Position numbers and translations under genes: made by a program. Under the pieces are notes generated by a model. The model worked only from the letters and a program-made list of their open reading frames with translations, was not told where the DNA came from and ran no database searches. A DNA stretch of 64,000 bases from Candidatus Cloacimonadales bacterium (GTDB lineage: Bacteria > Cloacimonadota > Cloacimonadia > Cloacimonadales > JAIOQZ01), in the NCBI GenBank assembly GCA_963662655.2, contig CAXXTU010000002.1:3296001-3360000 (forward strand), given 5' to 3'. Each line of letters starts with the position of its first letter. The first letter of the stretch is position 1. This document shows, piece after piece, positions 62,701 to 64,000 of the stretch.

Positions 62701-63546
62701 TTATTTCATCAAAACCATCTTGCGAGTCTGAACCTGGTTCGATGTCTGAAGTCGGTAGTAGTAGATTCCGCTGGAGACGGATTTTCCGGTGTCATCGGTG
62801 CCCTTCCATACAACGCTCGTGGTTCCCTGCTGAGCCTGGCCGTTGAAGAGGCTCTTCACCTTCTGTCCACGAATGTTGAACACGGTGAGTGAAGCGTTTG
62901 CTTGCTGCGGGAGCGTGAAGCTGATCGTCGTCTCAGGATTGAACGGATTCGGGTAGTTGGCGTTCAACGCCGCCTGAGCGGATGGAATCGTTTCTTCGTC
63001 GTTGGCGATCATGTTGTCCGAAGAACCCGGTGACGGGGGATAGCTGTAGCCTGGTCCGAAGAACGACCAGTTATCGGTTCCGTCCGGAACTCTTCCGATG
63101 GATACGTCGTCCACGTCGAGACCTGTGTTTTCCTCGTATTCGTACTCGTAGCTGTCGATCACGACGTTCTCCGAGCTGATCAGATATACCGCGTCTGCGC
63201 TTCCGCCGAGCTTGGTGTCGACGTGGAAGATACCGTCGTCCGTGTCCTCATCGAACCAGAAGAGCATGAATCCGCCGGCTACAAGGGTGGTTTGTTCGGG
63301 GTACTCGTCCGAGATCATGAAGCAGCTTTCGAGGGTGCCGTCGTAGTGGTCATCGGCAAGGTACATTCCGCCTAAATCCACCGAAGAATCGTCAGCGTTG
63401 TAGATTTCGACCCAGTCGCAATAATCGCCTTCGGGATCGGTGATCGTCGATTCGTTTTTTGCCTGGATTTCATTGATATAAAGACTTTGGGCAAACAGCC
63501 CGAAGATGGCCGTCAACATAGCTAAAACCAATATCGCTCTTCTCAT
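62701..63546 (-). CDS. Lamin-tail-domain protein with C-terminal secretion domain
   Basis: LYINEIQA...DWVEIYN, SIGRVPDG, PSPG; NYPNPFNP...RKMVLMK. Confidence 0.9.
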   Translation of the reverse strand: MRRAILVLAMLTAIFGLFAQSLYINEIQAKNESTITDPEGDYCDWVEIYNADDSSVDLGGMYLADDHYDGTLESCFMISDEYPEQTTLVAGGFMLFWFDEDTDDGIFHVDTKLGGSADAVYLISSENVVIDSYEYEYEENTGLDVDDVSIGRVPDGTDNWSFFGPGYSYPPSPGSSDNMIANDEETIPSAQAALNANYPNPFNPETTISFTLPQQANASLTVFNIRGQKVKSLFNGQAQQGTTSVVWKGTDDTGKSVSSGIYYYRLQTSNQVQTRKMVLMK

Positions 63547-63591
63547 GGGAGCCTCCCTGTTGTTTTTTCATTCATTCATACATTCAATCTG

Positions 63592-64000
63592 TTAAGGTAA
63601 TATATAGACGTCAAGACGATTTTCAGAATCGTCCACCACATAAACTCGATCGTTGATGACAACAACGCCTTCCGGATCCTGCGTTTGAATTCCCCATTTC
63701 TCCATTGTTCCCTGTTCTTCATGCCAAAGGCACAGAGTCTGATTTTCGTCCGAAATCATATAGTAGGTCTTCTCGATGCCGGAATAGCAAATTCCGGAAG
63801 TTGGGAAACTTAATGGAATCGGATCGAGGAAATCGAAAGAATCGAATTCGATTTTCAAAAGCTCGTACGGTTCGATCTTGCTCGTAACGACGATCAGCGA
63901 ATCGTGGTAGCACAATCCCTCGAAGGAATGTTCATCATTCTGTCCTGGAACAAGATTTTTCCCATAATAGAATCCTTCACCATTCAGCCCATACTGCATA
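63592..64000 (-). CDS. SdiA-regulated/beta-propeller-like protein (5'-partial)
   Basis: FEGLCY, SGICY, SDE, PEGV, VVDD repeats; runs off the window end. Confidence 0.6.
   Translation of the reverse strand, partial: MQYGLNGEGFYYGKNLVPGQNDEHSFEGLCYHDSLIVVTSKIEPYELLKIEFDSFDFLDPIPLSFPTSGICYSGIEKTYYMISDENQTLCLWHEEQGTMEKWGIQTQDPEGVVVINDRVYVVDDSENRLDVYILP

Overview
Bacterial chromosome segment. Repeated C-terminal '(Y)PNPFNP...KKMLMLK' secretion/FlgD-Ig domains and the gene repertoire suggest the FCB group, probably Cloacimonadota (inference). Positions 1 to ~26450 hold the late half of a degraded, GC-rich tailed prophage: terminase, head morphogenesis, M15 endolysin, portal, protease-capsid fusion, tail gene, a tail chaperone with a -1 frameshift, two Dam-type methylases and a tape-measure stub. 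It is interleaved with AT-richer cargo, mostly on the opposite strand: secreted FG-GAP, beta-helix and adhesin proteins, a GmrSD-like nuclease, an uncharacterised nuclease/helical gene pair and small morons. An IS3-family element sits at its right end. The rest is host backbone: TetR/GlmL-like, dinB, a PadR-TolC-MFP-RND operon, ispD-glmS, ispF, three tRNAs, RNase G, rplU-rpmA, an Omp85/TolB protein, MlaD, mutY, hutI and secreted paralogs. The most notable non-ORF signals are: (1) three divergent copies of a ~140-nt rod-like hairpin with compensatory changes, each downstream of a gene in the same orientation relative to transcription; (2) two small GCTTCGC-capped hairpin inserts in prophage genes; (3) tandem repeats of the tRNA-Arg 3' end; (4) a GlmS with an apparent propeptide. 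Several single-base frameshifts, including one in rpmA, suggest assembly indel errors, so frame-dependent claims are caveated.
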